From assembly GCA_964012805.1 (NCBI GenBank), contig CAXGUD010000001.1, forward strand, positions 32,001 to 96,000: DNA of 64,000 nt. Direction: 5' to 3'. Below are positions 1 through 9,931 of the stretch, one piece after another. Both the position numbers and the translations under genes were made by a program. The notes under the pieces are model-generated. The model saw only the letters and a program-made list of their open reading frames with translations. It searched no databases and was not told where the DNA came from. Within the stretch, counting starts at the first letter, position 1. Each line of letters starts with the position of its first letter. The stretch is from an uncultured Bacteriovoracaceae bacterium. GTDB taxonomy: Bacteria > Bdellovibrionota > Bacteriovoracia > Bacteriovoracales > Bacteriovoracaceae.

Positions 1-384
1 TATAAAAAACCTGGAAATAAGAGAAGGGTAAAGGGGCAAGCTTCCAACAATTGTGAAGTTATTTCTTTCAATTCCCACCTCTTCATAGGTTTCTCTAAGG
101 GCACAATCAAATGCCGACTCTCCTTCAGATTGTTTACCGCCTGGAAAGCTAATCTGTCCTTTATGAGATGGCATCTCATCAGTTCTTAATGTATAAAGGA
201 TTTCAATATTTTCAATTTTTTCTACGACCTCAGGACAACTTAAACAAATGAGGACCGAAGCTGGCCTATGAGGGTTATTTTCAATATATGAGTCAACCGA
301 ATCCTGGGCCTTACCTTTTTCAAAATAAGGTACTTCCTGATCTAAACCATTCTTAATAGCTTTTTCTAAAGTTGATCTATCCAA
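1..384 (-). CDS. CoA pyrophosphatase, NUDIX family (3' end runs off the window)
   Basis: Not in the ORF track; translated by hand from TTG at 384 (SD AAAGGA upstream): ...ASVLI...LYTLRTDEMPSHKGQISFPGGKQSEGESAFDCALRETYEEVGI. This has the NuCoA motif plus the Nudix box. Confidence 0.9.
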   Translation of the reverse strand, partial: MDRSTLEKAIKNGLDQEVPYFEKGKAQDSVDSYIENNPHRPASVLICLSCPEVVEKIENIEILYTLRTDEMPSHKGQISFPGGKQSEGESAFDCALRETYEEVGIERNNFTIVGSLPLYPSLISRFFI

Positions 385-397
385 AAAATATTTCCTT

Positions 398-423
398 TAT
401 TGTCTGTATTGTCTGTATTGTCT
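398..423. repeat. 9-bp tandem repeat (TATTGTCTG) x ~3 just upstream of the NUDIX RBS
   Basis: tattgtctg tattgtctg tattgtct read directly. Confidence 0.7.
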
Positions 424-707
424 TGTCATTGCGGAAAAGCCCTACAGCTAATAAGGGTAAGACTGATTTATGGAATCTTTTTTAAATCCTTATCTAAAAA
501 GCTTCGGTTAGTTTAACTTTAAAACTACCCCACCTTGTTTGAACTTACAACTCTCAAAGAAGCGCTAATTCCTTCATAGATTGTGCTTATCCATTAATTT
601 ATTTATTAATTATTAGACAGATTCAATTTTTTTTTGGTTTAAGGAGGTTCAAATACTTTTTAACACTCAAACAAAGTTTTTATCTAAAACGGTATCGCTT
701 TTTTTCA

Positions 708-920
708 CTAATTTCTTTCTTCTTTCTTATAGGCGACGATTGTAAGGCCTGTCTTTTTTTCAAACTCTCTAATTAAGTCCAGATTATCTTCAGATAGTTG
801 AGCTAGATCGTATTTCTTTTCAAAAGCAATCAGGCTTACACCAATTTTCTCCTCAAGATCTTTAAGCTCTGTAAACTGATTTGTATTTAATTTTGCAACT
901 TTAAATTCGCTATCTCTCAT
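708..920 (-). CDS. Small hypothetical protein made of two ~30-aa internal repeats
   Basis: VAKLNTNQFTELKDLEEKIGVSLIAFEKK / LAQLSEDNLDLIREFEKKTGLTIVAYKK; strong SD AAGGAG. Confidence 0.8.
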   Translation of the reverse strand: MRDSEFKVAKLNTNQFTELKDLEEKIGVSLIAFEKKYDLAQLSEDNLDLIREFEKKTGLTIVAYKKEERN

Positions 921-1123
921 TTTTTAACTCCTTTTGGCCTTCTATCGGTTATACCTATTCTTTTCCTGAGTCTTACAGTCACTTTTTTACCTTTTAGAAA
1001 TACTTATTTAATATTTTGGCCAATTCAATTATTTAACTTTAACCTTAGGATGAAAACATAAACAGTATTTTTTGTTTTAAATGCTTTTTGGGTTAAAAAA
1101 TAATCACTTAAAAGGATCCTATT

Positions 1124-1858
1124 TTGACAAAACTAAAAACTATCCCCCTGACAATCTTTCTGAGTTTAATCTGCAATACATTAAGCGCAAAAAGCTTTTT
1201 CCCTTCTATGATCCAAGTTAGTGGTACTTGTAAAAAAAAGGTGCCCACAAATAGGTCCAGGCTTCAAATATCTGTTGAAAACTATGGAAAAGAATTAAAT
1301 GATTTATACCAGAAAACAACCACCACATATAACTTATTATATAAAAGAATTAAGTCTCTCAAGCTTAAAAACTCAGAAATAGAAACGTCATCTTACCAAG
1401 TAAAAAAAGAGTTCGATTGGGTTAAAGGAAAAAAAATATTCCGTGGCTACAAAGTGGCCCTTTCAATCTCTGTATCCTCATCTGAAACTCAAAAAATGAC
1501 CACCATTATCCAAGAGGCAAACAAGCTAAAGATTTCTAACGTAAGGGGACTTCAACAGTTTGTCTCCGATGACATGATCATGAAAATTAAATCTGAGTGC
1601 CTAAAAAAAGCAGTCCTTGATGCCCAAACAAAAGCACTTTCCATGGCCAAGGCCCTAGGTAGAAAACTTGGCCAAAATTTTCGCCTTACTGAAGGAATAA
1701 AAGGCCCTAACTCTCCAGGACCTATGGCGAAGAGGTATGAGAAGCTTGAGATGTTTTCCATGCAGTCAATTTCAGGGAGGCAAGGTCAACCACCTGCCAT
1801 TGCTCAAGGACATAGAACATTTCACTTTTATGTAACAGGAGAGTTTGGAGTTCAATAA
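1124..1858 (+). CDS. SIMPL (DUF541) periplasmic protein
   Basis: Signal peptide, IQVSG...GY..S.ISV, AVLDAQTKALSMAKALG pattern. Confidence 0.85.
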   Translation: MTKLKTIPLTIFLSLICNTLSAKSFFPSMIQVSGTCKKKVPTNRSRLQISVENYGKELNDLYQKTTTTYNLLYKRIKSLKLKNSEIETSSYQVKKEFDWVKGKKIFRGYKVALSISVSSSETQKMTTIIQEANKLKISNVRGLQQFVSDDMIMKIKSECLKKAVLDAQTKALSMAKALGRKLGQNFRLTEGIKGPNSPGPMAKRYEKLEMFSMQSISGRQGQPPAIAQGHRTFHFYVTGEFGVQ

Positions 1859-1863
1859 GAAGG

Positions 1864-3666
1864 CTAACTCTGAATTTTATAGAGCTCCTCTACCTCTTTA
1901 GCAAACTTCATTAAAATAAATTTTCTTTTCAATTTCATTGTTGGAGTGAGCTCTCCTGTTGCGACGTCAAAGGGTTTTGCCAGAATAGTAAACTTTTTAA
2001 CTGTTTGTACCCTTGCCAAGCTTTTATTAACTCTTTCAATTTCCTCTTCAATGTACTTAACAAGCGTTGAATCCTTCGCATATTCATTGACATCACCTTT
2101 AGGTTCAATTCCCAATTTCTTAAGATGTTCATCTAAAGTTTCAGGGTTAAGAGTTACAAGCGCCGCCAGGAATTTTTTCTTATCCCCTACAACAACAGAG
2201 TGGCCTAAAATTTGGATTTGATTAATTTTCCCTTCTATCATTTGAGGTGCTATATTCTCACCACCCGCCGTAATTATGATGTCTTTTTTTCTATCTGTAA
2301 TAAAAAGAAACCCCTCTTCATCAATATGTCCAACATCCCCAGTATGAAGCCATCCTTTATTATCTAAGGCTCCATTCGTCGCTTTTTCATCTTTAAAATA
2401 ACCCAAAAATACATTGGCCCCTCGAATCAAGATTTCTCCATCTTTTGCAACATCAAGCTCAACGTGAGGAAGTCTAACACCAGCAGATCCTATTTTTGAC
2501 CTTTGAGGGGTCGAAAAAGTTGCCGTCCCTGCACACTCACTCATTCCAAATACCTCGTAGAGTGGAAGGCCTAAGCTAAGAAAAAACTCTAATGTCTCTT
2601 TGCTAATGGGTGCGGCCCCTGTTAGCTGGTATCTGCAGCGGTCAAGCCCTAAGGCCTTCCGAACCTTTTTAAAAACCAGACGGTCGGCAATATGGTAAGA
2701 GAAGGTTTTCGACAAACCTTTTTGAAAACGGTATCCATTTTTTAAGCCAACATTTTTGGCCCAAGTGACCAGTTTTTTGCGAAGCCCGCCTGAGCTGGCC
2801 CCTGCTTGGATCATCTTTTCCTGGATTTTTTCCCAAACTCTAGGCACTCCAAGAAAAAGTGTCGGCCTTACTTCTTTCAGGTTATCTGGCATTTTTTCCA
2901 TACTTTCAGCAAACCAAACACAGCCCCCCACAATAATAGAACCAATAATAGAAATCTCCTGCTCTGCCACATGACTCAAAGGCAGATAGCTTAAGATCGT
3001 CTCATTTGTATCTGTATAGAATTGGTCAATTGTTTTTCCCGTATTGTAGATAAGGTTTTTATGAGAAAGCATAACTCCTTTAGGCCTGGCCGTTGTCCCT
3101 GAAGTATAAACAAGAGTTGCTAGATCATCAGGCTTTTGAGCATCTATTCTTTTTTGGAGGTCTTCTTCTGGGAATTGTCTTCCCAAAGCCGGAAGATCTT
3201 CCCATGAGTAGACATTACTGGCCGAATCTTCACCATTCATTAAAATGATGGCCTTGAGTTGAGTAAGCTTCTTCTCAATCTTCTTAATTTTGTCTAATTG
3301 CTCCTGGTCCTCAACAACAATTATGCTCGACCCACTATGCTGGGCCAAAAAGAAACATTGGTCACTTGAGCTTGTGGTATAAATACCTACGGGGAAGCCC
3401 CCCCCAAAAATGGCCGCAAGGTCTGAGACTACCCATTGAACACAATTAAAACCAATAATTGAAACACCTTCGCCCTCTCTAAAGCCTAATTGACAGAATG
3501 CCCTTGCGACAATTTTCGTGAGTTCGTAATACTCTTTCCATGAAAGAGATTCCCAAGTACCATTTTTTTTGAAGCAAAGAGCATCGTTATGTATCCTTGT
3601 TTCAGCTGTTTTTTTCAGAAGTTCTGGTACCGTTAATTGATCAAGGATATTAAGATAATCCAGCAT
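1864..3666 (-). CDS. Long-chain fatty acid--CoA ligase (AMP-binding; FadD15/ACSBG-like)
   Basis: YTSGTTARPKG, YLPLSH, FGMSE, GWLHTGDVG, GELTPTMKLKR motifs. Confidence 0.92.
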   Translation of the reverse strand: MLDYLNILDQLTVPELLKKTAETRIHNDALCFKKNGTWESLSWKEYYELTKIVARAFCQLGFREGEGVSIIGFNCVQWVVSDLAAIFGGGFPVGIYTTSSSDQCFFLAQHSGSSIIVVEDQEQLDKIKKIEKKLTQLKAIILMNGEDSASNVYSWEDLPALGRQFPEEDLQKRIDAQKPDDLATLVYTSGTTARPKGVMLSHKNLIYNTGKTIDQFYTDTNETILSYLPLSHVAEQEISIIGSIIVGGCVWFAESMEKMPDNLKEVRPTLFLGVPRVWEKIQEKMIQAGASSGGLRKKLVTWAKNVGLKNGYRFQKGLSKTFSYHIADRLVFKKVRKALGLDRCRYQLTGAAPISKETLEFFLSLGLPLYEVFGMSECAGTATFSTPQRSKIGSAGVRLPHVELDVAKDGEILIRGANVFLGYFKDEKATNGALDNKGWLHTGDVGHIDEEGFLFITDRKKDIIITAGGENIAPQMIEGKINQIQILGHSVVVGDKKKFLAALVTLNPETLDEHLKKLGIEPKGDVNEYAKDSTLVKYIEEEIERVNKSLARVQTVKKFTILAKPFDVATGELTPTMKLKRKFILMKFAKEVEELYKIQS

Positions 3667-3750
3667 AAGTTCCCCTGGCCGTATCTATAAAGTTATTGTC
3701 CCTCTTACAAGGTTTTTTCAACTAATAGAATAATGCATTTTTAAAAAAAT

Positions 3751-4521
3751 TCACAGTCTTAGACCAAAACCTTTTTTCATTAAAGTTAAAGACGTGAACC
3801 ATAAAACGATGATTAAAACAGAAAGGAAAATAACCGCCGAAAAAACTGGGACATCAGTATAGTTTATGAACCCAAAACGGAAAGTATTAACGATATAAAG
3901 GATCGGATTGATCATAGAAAGGTTTTTCCAAAATGGAGGAAGAAAAGACAATGAATAAAAGACTCCTCCCAGGTAAGTTAATGGAATGAGTACAAAGGTT
4001 GGAACGATTGAAATATCATCAAAGCTTTTTGCATAAAGGGCATTGATAAAGCCAAGAAGCGAAAAAAGAATGGCCGTCAAAAACATGGTTCCAAAAACAA
4101 GAAAAGGTTTTTCTATGGATAAAGGTGCAAAGAATAGAGAAATCAGTGTTATTAAAATTCCTACGAGTACACCTCTTAAGACTCCTCCACTCAGGTAGCC
4201 GACTAAAATTGTTGAAGGATAAAGAGGAGATACAAGAAGCTCTTCAATACTTTTTTGAAACTTTGCTCCAAAAACACTGCCCACGACATTGGCATAAGAG
4301 TTTTGAATAATGGCCATCATAATAAGACCTGGAATAATAAAATTAATATAAGAGAAGCCCTCCATGTCCTTAATTTGCTTACCAATAAAATTGCCAAAAA
4401 TTAAAAAATAAAGTGTGATTGTTATAAGCGATGGAAGCAGAGTTTGGGTCCAAATTCTAAAAAGTCTCGAAGTTTCTTTTTTAAATATAGTTAAAAAACC
4501 AACCCATTGAGTTTTAATCAT
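3751..4521 (-). CDS. ABC-2 type transporter permease (YadH-like)
   Basis: RIWTQTLLP, FIIPGLIMM, LTYLGGVFYS. Likely start is ATG 4521, overlapping the upstream stop (ORF track start 4551). Confidence 0.9.
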   Translation of the reverse strand: MIKTQWVGFLTIFKKETSRLFRIWTQTLLPSLITITLYFLIFGNFIGKQIKDMEGFSYINFIIPGLIMMAIIQNSYANVVGSVFGAKFQKSIEELLVSPLYPSTILVGYLSGGVLRGVLVGILITLISLFFAPLSIEKPFLVFGTMFLTAILFSLLGFINALYAKSFDDISIVPTFVLIPLTYLGGVFYSLSFLPPFWKNLSMINPILYIVNTFRFGFINYTDVPVFSAVIFLSVLIIVLWFTSLTLMKKGFGLRL

Positions 4522-5446
4522 GTGTTTTTGAGCCCTCCACCAGGTTAACAAAAAGCTCCTCTAGCCTATTAACCTTGTTTTTTATCCTCTTAACCTTGAT
4601 ACCAGAAGAGGATAGAGTACTAAGAACATCACCAAGAATATCAGATTCTTTTAAATCAACCTCAATTATTTTTTGATTTATTACTCTGAAATCAAATGGA
4701 AAAGTCATTTCTTTAGGTTGAAACGCTTCACAATAGCAAACGTAAGTCTCTTTTTTCAACTTCTGAAGAAGAGATTGTGTTGTTCCATTCTCAATAATAT
4801 TCCCTTCATCAATAATCGCAATCTTTTTACATAAAGACTCTGCCTCCTCTAAATAATGAGTCGTCAGAATAATAGTAAGTCCTTCCTGATTTTGTTTGAG
4901 CATGAAATCCCACATAGATCTTCGCAAACTTATATCAACACCCGCAGTCGGCTCGTCAAGAACAAGGACTTTAGGTCCATGAACAAGCGCCCGAGCTATC
5001 ATTAAGCGCCTTTTCATTCCCCCCGAAAGCTGTCCAGAAGGTGTATGCATTTTATCTTCTAACCCTAGCAAACTCAGGAGAGTTTTAGACCTTTCTCTTG
5101 CCGGACTTTTCTCCATCCCATAAAAGCCACCTTGATTACTAACAATTTGAAAACATGTTTCAAAAATATTAAAATTAAACTCCTGAGGCACAACTCCTAT
5201 TTGCTTCCTCATTAAATAGGGATCTGTATCTAAATCAATTCCATGAACTTTGACCTCTCCACGGGTTTTATTAACAAGACCACAAATAATACCGATTAAA
5301 GTGGATTTTCCTGCACCATTTGGACCCAATAAGCCGAAAAAGTCTCCTTTCTCAATCTCTAAACTAACACTTTTAAGCGCTTCAATATCCGGCGGAAATA
5401 TTTTGTTAAGATCATTGATTCTTAATGCCATCTCTGAGTGATTCAT
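4514..5446 (-). CDS. ABC transporter ATP-binding protein (YadG-like)
   Basis: Walker A GPNGAGKST, signature LSGGMKRR, Walker B LVLDEPT, H-loop TTHYLEEA. Confidence 0.93.
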   Translation of the reverse strand: MNHSEMALRINDLNKIFPPDIEALKSVSLEIEKGDFFGLLGPNGAGKSTLIGIICGLVNKTRGEVKVHGIDLDTDPYLMRKQIGVVPQEFNFNIFETCFQIVSNQGGFYGMEKSPARERSKTLLSLLGLEDKMHTPSGQLSGGMKRRLMIARALVHGPKVLVLDEPTAGVDISLRRSMWDFMLKQNQEGLTIILTTHYLEEAESLCKKIAIIDEGNIIENGTTQSLLQKLKKETYVCYCEAFQPKEMTFPFDFRVINQKIIEVDLKESDILGDVLSTLSSSGIKVKRIKNKVNRLEELFVNLVEGSKTHD

Positions 5447-5450
5447 TTGC

Positions 5451-7751
5451 CTAGTCCTTGTCTTTTAAGGAAATAAGTACGGCTGGAAGGAAAGTGAGGT
5501 CCACAATGAGCGCAATTGATAAAATAACAGCGCACATAATACCAAAGTACACATTTGGTACGAAAATCCCAAAGGCCAAAGTTCCAAATGATACAACTAG
5601 AATGATTGTTGTAATAATGAGTGCGGGAGTCGTGTAGGCCAAGACATTAACGACACTTTGATTTCGAGACTTCCCTTCTAACCTTTGCCTTTTATAATTG
5701 GAAAGAACGTGGATCGTATCATCAACAGCAATGCCTAAACAAACACTGGCCACAATGACCGTACCGACATCCATGGCCCGTCCCGAAAGGTAAAGGACCG
5801 CCCCCCCAATCATTAAAGGAATCGTGTTTGTTATTAAGGCCAAAACCCCAACTGATAAAGATTTAAAGTAAATTATAAGGAGAAGACTAATACAGACAAG
5901 GGCCACGCTAATCGATTGAACAAAAGACTCCACCACATAACCATTTAAAAATTGATAAAGCTTTGATTTGCCGGTCGTCATAACGTCAAGACCTAAATCC
6001 CGGGCCTTCGCTTCAATTTTTTTTACGGCGGCTTCAAATTCAGAAGAGGCCGACAAAGTAGACAAAACACTCATTCTCAATGAATCTTTATTTATTGTCA
6101 TTCGATCGTTTAAGCTCATTCCTTGAGGGATGCTTTGCGTGTAAAGCAAGAGCTCCTCAGCTATCATTTTTCTATCTTCTACAAGTCTATATTCACTTTG
6201 CTTTCCTCCATGCAAAACACGGTTTGTGGATTTTAGAATATCTATAATAGACAGTGCCCTCGTAACGTGAGGAAGACCTTCAACCCAGTTTTGGAAAACT
6301 TCCACTTTTTTCAAAAACTCAGGCTCTTTTATTCCTTCTGCTTTACCTGTTCGAATGACAACTTCAATCCCCCTGGAGGCCCCCACATTTTTTGTAATAA
6401 AATCCTGGGACTCTCGAAGCCAATAACCTTTTTTAAAATAGAGGTAGGGGTCACTATTCACATGATTTTTGAGGGATAAGAAAATGCTGTATCCAGATAG
6501 TAAGAGGCACCCTATAGTAAGGGGCTTTTTAATAGTTTTAAGAAAGTCGACATATATTTGAATGGATTGAATGAAGTTTCCTCTTTTCTCATCAGTCCAT
6601 TTTGGTAACTTCGCAGGGAGGCGGTACATGAGACCACCCAAAACTAAATAAGAAAAAGCCCAGGCCAAAAGAACTCCTATTCCGGCCAAAGTCCCCATGC
6701 CTGAAATTGACTTTATATTAACATTTGAAAAACTAAAAAAACCAATCGCTGTAGAAATGGTGGTAAGACCTGTAGGTACAAAGTTTTTTAGCAGTGAGTA
6801 TCGGGCGGCTTCCTTTTGCTCTACACCATCTTGGACCGCCCTGTAAAATACGGCCAATAGGTGAACACTATCGGCAATACTTATTCCTATAAGTATTTGA
6901 GGAACAGCGGCAGTGGCCGAGGTTATCTGAACACCAAAAAATGCACCAACAGCAAAGGTCGCCGCCGTTGTAAGAATAATAACAACAAAAGGGAGCACAA
7001 CCCCCCAAACGGTCTTCAAATTAATATAGAGGAGGACGATAATACTAAGCAAAAGAATAGGGATCATTTTTGATAAGTCAATCTGAGTTGCCTCTTCAAA
7101 GCCGTAAGTTATAGTAGGGCCTCCACTTAAATGAAGTTGATGGTCGCCTAACGAGTATTCTTTAATTAACTTTTTAGCAGCAACAACCGTTTTTTTAAAT
7201 TTCGCTGCCTCTTTTAGGCCTGGTTTTAGTCTGGCGAAAATAAGGGTTGTTTTAGCATCTTTACTAATTAAATAATTAGGTAAGACTTCATGATTTAAAG
7301 CGATCTTCTTACGGTCCTTTATATAACTTTCATTAAAATCTTCACCATCAGCTATCAAAGGCTCTATCAAAATATCATCGCCCTCAGCATGAACCCAATT
7401 GTAGTTACTAAGAGAATCAACTCTAATAACTTCTGGCAAAAGCCAAGCCTTTTCTGTCAACTTCTGCACAAGTTGCAATGACTCTTTATCAAAAACTCCA
7501 GAAGGGCTGTGAATTGCCATTACTATAGAGTCGTCATTACCAAATTGTTTTTCAAAGCTATTGAAGTCTTTAATCATTGGGTCATCATCATAAAAAAACC
7601 CCTTATAGCTAAAGTCGACCGTTAAAAATAAAAAGCCTGGTAAAGAAAGGATTAGAATAAGAAGACCAAAGAAAATAGCGAGTAAGCTCCTCCGCTCAAT
7701 AAAATTAACAAATGTTTCTGCCACTTTAGGAGCTTTAATCTCGTATGACAT
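5451..7751 (-). CDS. MMPL/RND family lipid transporter
   Basis: Two-fold repeated TM architecture; GISIADSVH and GIAVDDTIH motifs. Confidence 0.9.
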   Translation of the reverse strand: MSYEIKAPKVAETFVNFIERRSLLAIFFGLLILILSLPGFLFLTVDFSYKGFFYDDDPMIKDFNSFEKQFGNDDSIVMAIHSPSGVFDKESLQLVQKLTEKAWLLPEVIRVDSLSNYNWVHAEGDDILIEPLIADGEDFNESYIKDRKKIALNHEVLPNYLISKDAKTTLIFARLKPGLKEAAKFKKTVVAAKKLIKEYSLGDHQLHLSGGPTITYGFEEATQIDLSKMIPILLLSIIVLLYINLKTVWGVVLPFVVIILTTAATFAVGAFFGVQITSATAAVPQILIGISIADSVHLLAVFYRAVQDGVEQKEAARYSLLKNFVPTGLTTISTAIGFFSFSNVNIKSISGMGTLAGIGVLLAWAFSYLVLGGLMYRLPAKLPKWTDEKRGNFIQSIQIYVDFLKTIKKPLTIGCLLLSGYSIFLSLKNHVNSDPYLYFKKGYWLRESQDFITKNVGASRGIEVVIRTGKAEGIKEPEFLKKVEVFQNWVEGLPHVTRALSIIDILKSTNRVLHGGKQSEYRLVEDRKMIAEELLLYTQSIPQGMSLNDRMTINKDSLRMSVLSTLSASSEFEAAVKKIEAKARDLGLDVMTTGKSKLYQFLNGYVVESFVQSISVALVCISLLLIIYFKSLSVGVLALITNTIPLMIGGAVLYLSGRAMDVGTVIVASVCLGIAVDDTIHVLSNYKRQRLEGKSRNQSVVNVLAYTTPALIITTIILVVSFGTLAFGIFVPNVYFGIMCAVILSIALIVDLTFLPAVLISLKDKD

Positions 7752-7787
7752 TGGTCGCCCTTAAAAACTAAGAAAAAAAAGATAAAA

Positions 7788-8372
7788 TTAAATAAGAATA
7801 ACTTGACCACCCTGATTAGCTTCAGAATAACTATCGAAGTTTCCCTTGGCAAACTTGGTAAAGTCTAAAACATCAGTTCTAAGATGATTAAAAACACTTC
7901 CGGCCTCTAAATTGATTTTCCAACTATCCCTCATAAGGGCCTTTTTTTCATTTTTTTGATATTTAGTGACGCTCCCCAGAAGAGTCACTTCATTACCCTT
8001 AATTTTGGAAAGTTTAGGAGTTTCAAGGTTTAGAAAATCAACATGCTCTAGAGATTTCTTGATGGTCGCGATCATCATATTAGTGTATTCATCAAAAAGA
8101 CTTATGGCCATCCCCTGGGTTGGACTAGACTCCCATGGCAGGGCCTTAGGCACCAAGGCCATCGCTAAATTACTTGAAAAAAAAATTCTGAAATCAATGG
8201 TGAAAGTACTTCCGTGTGCTTTTATAAAACATCCATAATCGATACCTCTAACAGTTGTTCCCGCTTCCTCATGAATTGTTCCCGTACAATTTGTCACGTC
8301 CTTAAGTATCCGCTCACTCGAGTCATGACAAAACATTTTGTACCTTGTTAGGATATCCTCTTCCAAAATCAC
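7788..8372 (-). CDS. CheX-like phosphatase-domain protein
   Basis: FDEYTNMMIATIK matches the CheC/CheX ExxN motif, followed by LETP. Confidence 0.55.
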   Translation of the reverse strand: MILEEDILTRYKMFCHDSSERILKDVTNCTGTIHEEAGTTVRGIDYGCFIKAHGSTFTIDFRIFFSSNLAMALVPKALPWESSPTQGMAISLFDEYTNMMIATIKKSLEHVDFLNLETPKLSKIKGNEVTLLGSVTKYQKNEKKALMRDSWKINLEAGSVFNHLRTDVLDFTKFAKGNFDSYSEANQGGQVILI

Positions 8373-8498
8373 CGCCTAAATTAAGATTAAAAAAACCTTT
8401 TTGGTCCCATATGTTTTCTTACTTTAGAATTATACGTTAACAGAAAGCACGGTCAATGAATAGATTAAGGGAGAATCTTCTATCTTTTTAGAGATATC

Positions 8499-8528
8499 TG
8501 GACCTTAAAAGGTTGCTTTTAAGGTCCA
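8499..8528 (-). terminator. Hairpin just downstream of the esterase gene; probable terminator
   Basis: Perfect 13-bp stem tggaccttaaaag-gttg-cttttaaggtcca, 8 nt past the stop at 8537; no strong U-tract. Confidence 0.6.
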
Positions 8529-8536
8529 AATTCACA

Positions 8537-9685
8537 CTAATTTAAATCAAAGGCTTTTTTTAGAGATTTTGAAACGAAGTTCCTCTTGGTCCTTCCACGA
8601 TAAACTCTTTTTGAAAACTTATATGGCCCAACTCCATCTATTTTTTTCCAACGAAAAGGAGAAAAGTAAAGGTATGCGTGATATATACTTTTAGAAATCC
8701 AAGAAGAGCAATTATTTGAGTTTAATGTCGCTTGGTAAAGGCCTTCATCAGAAAAGACAAGACCCTCATGATCTGAAGGTGAAATATTTCCGAAGAACCG
8801 GCTCATAATAATGTCCTGGCTTCCTTGGATAACACCAACATTCCAATGGGAGTAGCGGTAGCACACGCTCGGCATAAAGCGGGCCAAGTTTCCATTATCC
8901 AATCCACCTTTAAGGCCATGCCTCGAAAATGCATCTTTAAAATCTTCTCTAAACTCTGGGGTAAACTTACTCCAAAAAGTTGCACCAAAATGAAGACCCG
9001 CTGAGTCTACAATTAAAGTACGTTTTACATCTTTTGCGTCTTCAGGAATGACTTCATCAAAATAAGGCAAATGAACCAAAGTTCCAAAAGCACCAGCTGA
9101 TGAACCATAGACAAAGAGGTCTTTAACTTTGCTCCAATCAAGGACTCCTTTGTCAATCAAAAGAGCTATAGACTTCTCCACATTTGTCCTTCCATAGTGG
9201 TAAAGTTCCTTGTCGTCGTAAACGGCTAAGTGTGTCCCAGCGTAAACATCCGCCGTACAGTAGGGAAAAATAACCTGGCTATGGTTTGCCAGAAAATTCC
9301 TTGATAGCTTGCGCTTGGAAAAGATACTCCTCAAAAGAAGACGCTTAGGTGAGAAAAGAGGAAAGGCATGAGGGATTGCCCCAAAACAACTATCTTTATC
9401 CCAGCAAGCACCACCTGGCCTAAATTCAAAGGCCCACTTGGAAGCACCTTTTTTATCAAAGAAAACTCTGTAGGGCTGGCCGTTTCCGCAATAGGCTCCC
9501 GGAACAACCATTGACTCATAGCTTCGATACAATCCTCGGGCTGAAGCAGTACTCATGAAAGAGAAGAGAAACAGTATGTAAAAGCAAGCGGCTTTCTTTA
9601 AAAACACGACTAGATCCTTTGTCACTTTTATAATTTCATCGGCCTTCGAATTTATAATAGAATTGTTTTCTTTGGAAACATCCAT
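8537..9685 (-). CDS. Pectin acetylesterase / Notum-like secreted alpha/beta hydrolase
   Basis: C-GNG, GGACWD...C, PYCTADVYAG, nucleophile GSSAG. The true start may lie downstream of 9685, nearer the signal-peptide-like segment. Confidence 0.85.
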   Translation of the reverse strand: MDVSKENNSIINSKADEIIKVTKDLVVFLKKAACFYILFLFSFMSTASARGLYRSYESMVVPGAYCGNGQPYRVFFDKKGASKWAFEFRPGGACWDKDSCFGAIPHAFPLFSPKRLLLRSIFSKRKLSRNFLANHSQVIFPYCTADVYAGTHLAVYDDKELYHYGRTNVEKSIALLIDKGVLDWSKVKDLFVYGSSAGAFGTLVHLPYFDEVIPEDAKDVKRTLIVDSAGLHFGATFWSKFTPEFREDFKDAFSRHGLKGGLDNGNLARFMPSVCYRYSHWNVGVIQGSQDIIMSRFFGNISPSDHEGLVFSDEGLYQATLNSNNCSSWISKSIYHAYLYFSPFRWKKIDGVGPYKFSKRVYRGRTKRNFVSKSLKKAFDLN

Positions 9686-9758
9686 CGCAGCGCTTTTTCT
9701 TAAATTTTCCTTACATTTATCATACCCAGTGTGTTACAAACCACATTTTTTCAAAAAC

Positions 9759-9776
9759 TTGTCACTTTACTGACAA
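9759..9776. promoter_or_regulatory. Palindromic operator-like site TTGTCA-N6-TGACAA (CRP/FNR-family-like geometry)
   Basis: Perfect 6-6-6 dyad between the esterase start and the divergent small ORF. Confidence 0.4.
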
Positions 9777-9850
9777 AAGAACAACACTTAAGTTGAAGAA
9801 AGAGAGTAAGTTTCCCTTATCTAAAGTTGCGAGGGGGAGACCTAGTCCAC

Positions 9851-9931
9851 ATGAAAAGAAAGCTTGTTCTACTTTTATTTCTTATAATACTTGTCCTTCA
9901 AATCGAAGGATTCCAAATTCAATCTCTCTAA
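9851..9931 (+). CDS. Small hydrophobic peptide, 26 aa (MKRKLVLLLFLIILVLQIEGFQIQSL); candidate type I toxin-like membrane peptide
   Basis: Below the ORF-track cutoff; ATG preceded by GAGGGGGAG; flanked by a complementary 5'/3' inverted repeat. Confidence 0.5.
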   Translation: MKRKLVLLLFLIILVLQIEGFQIQSL

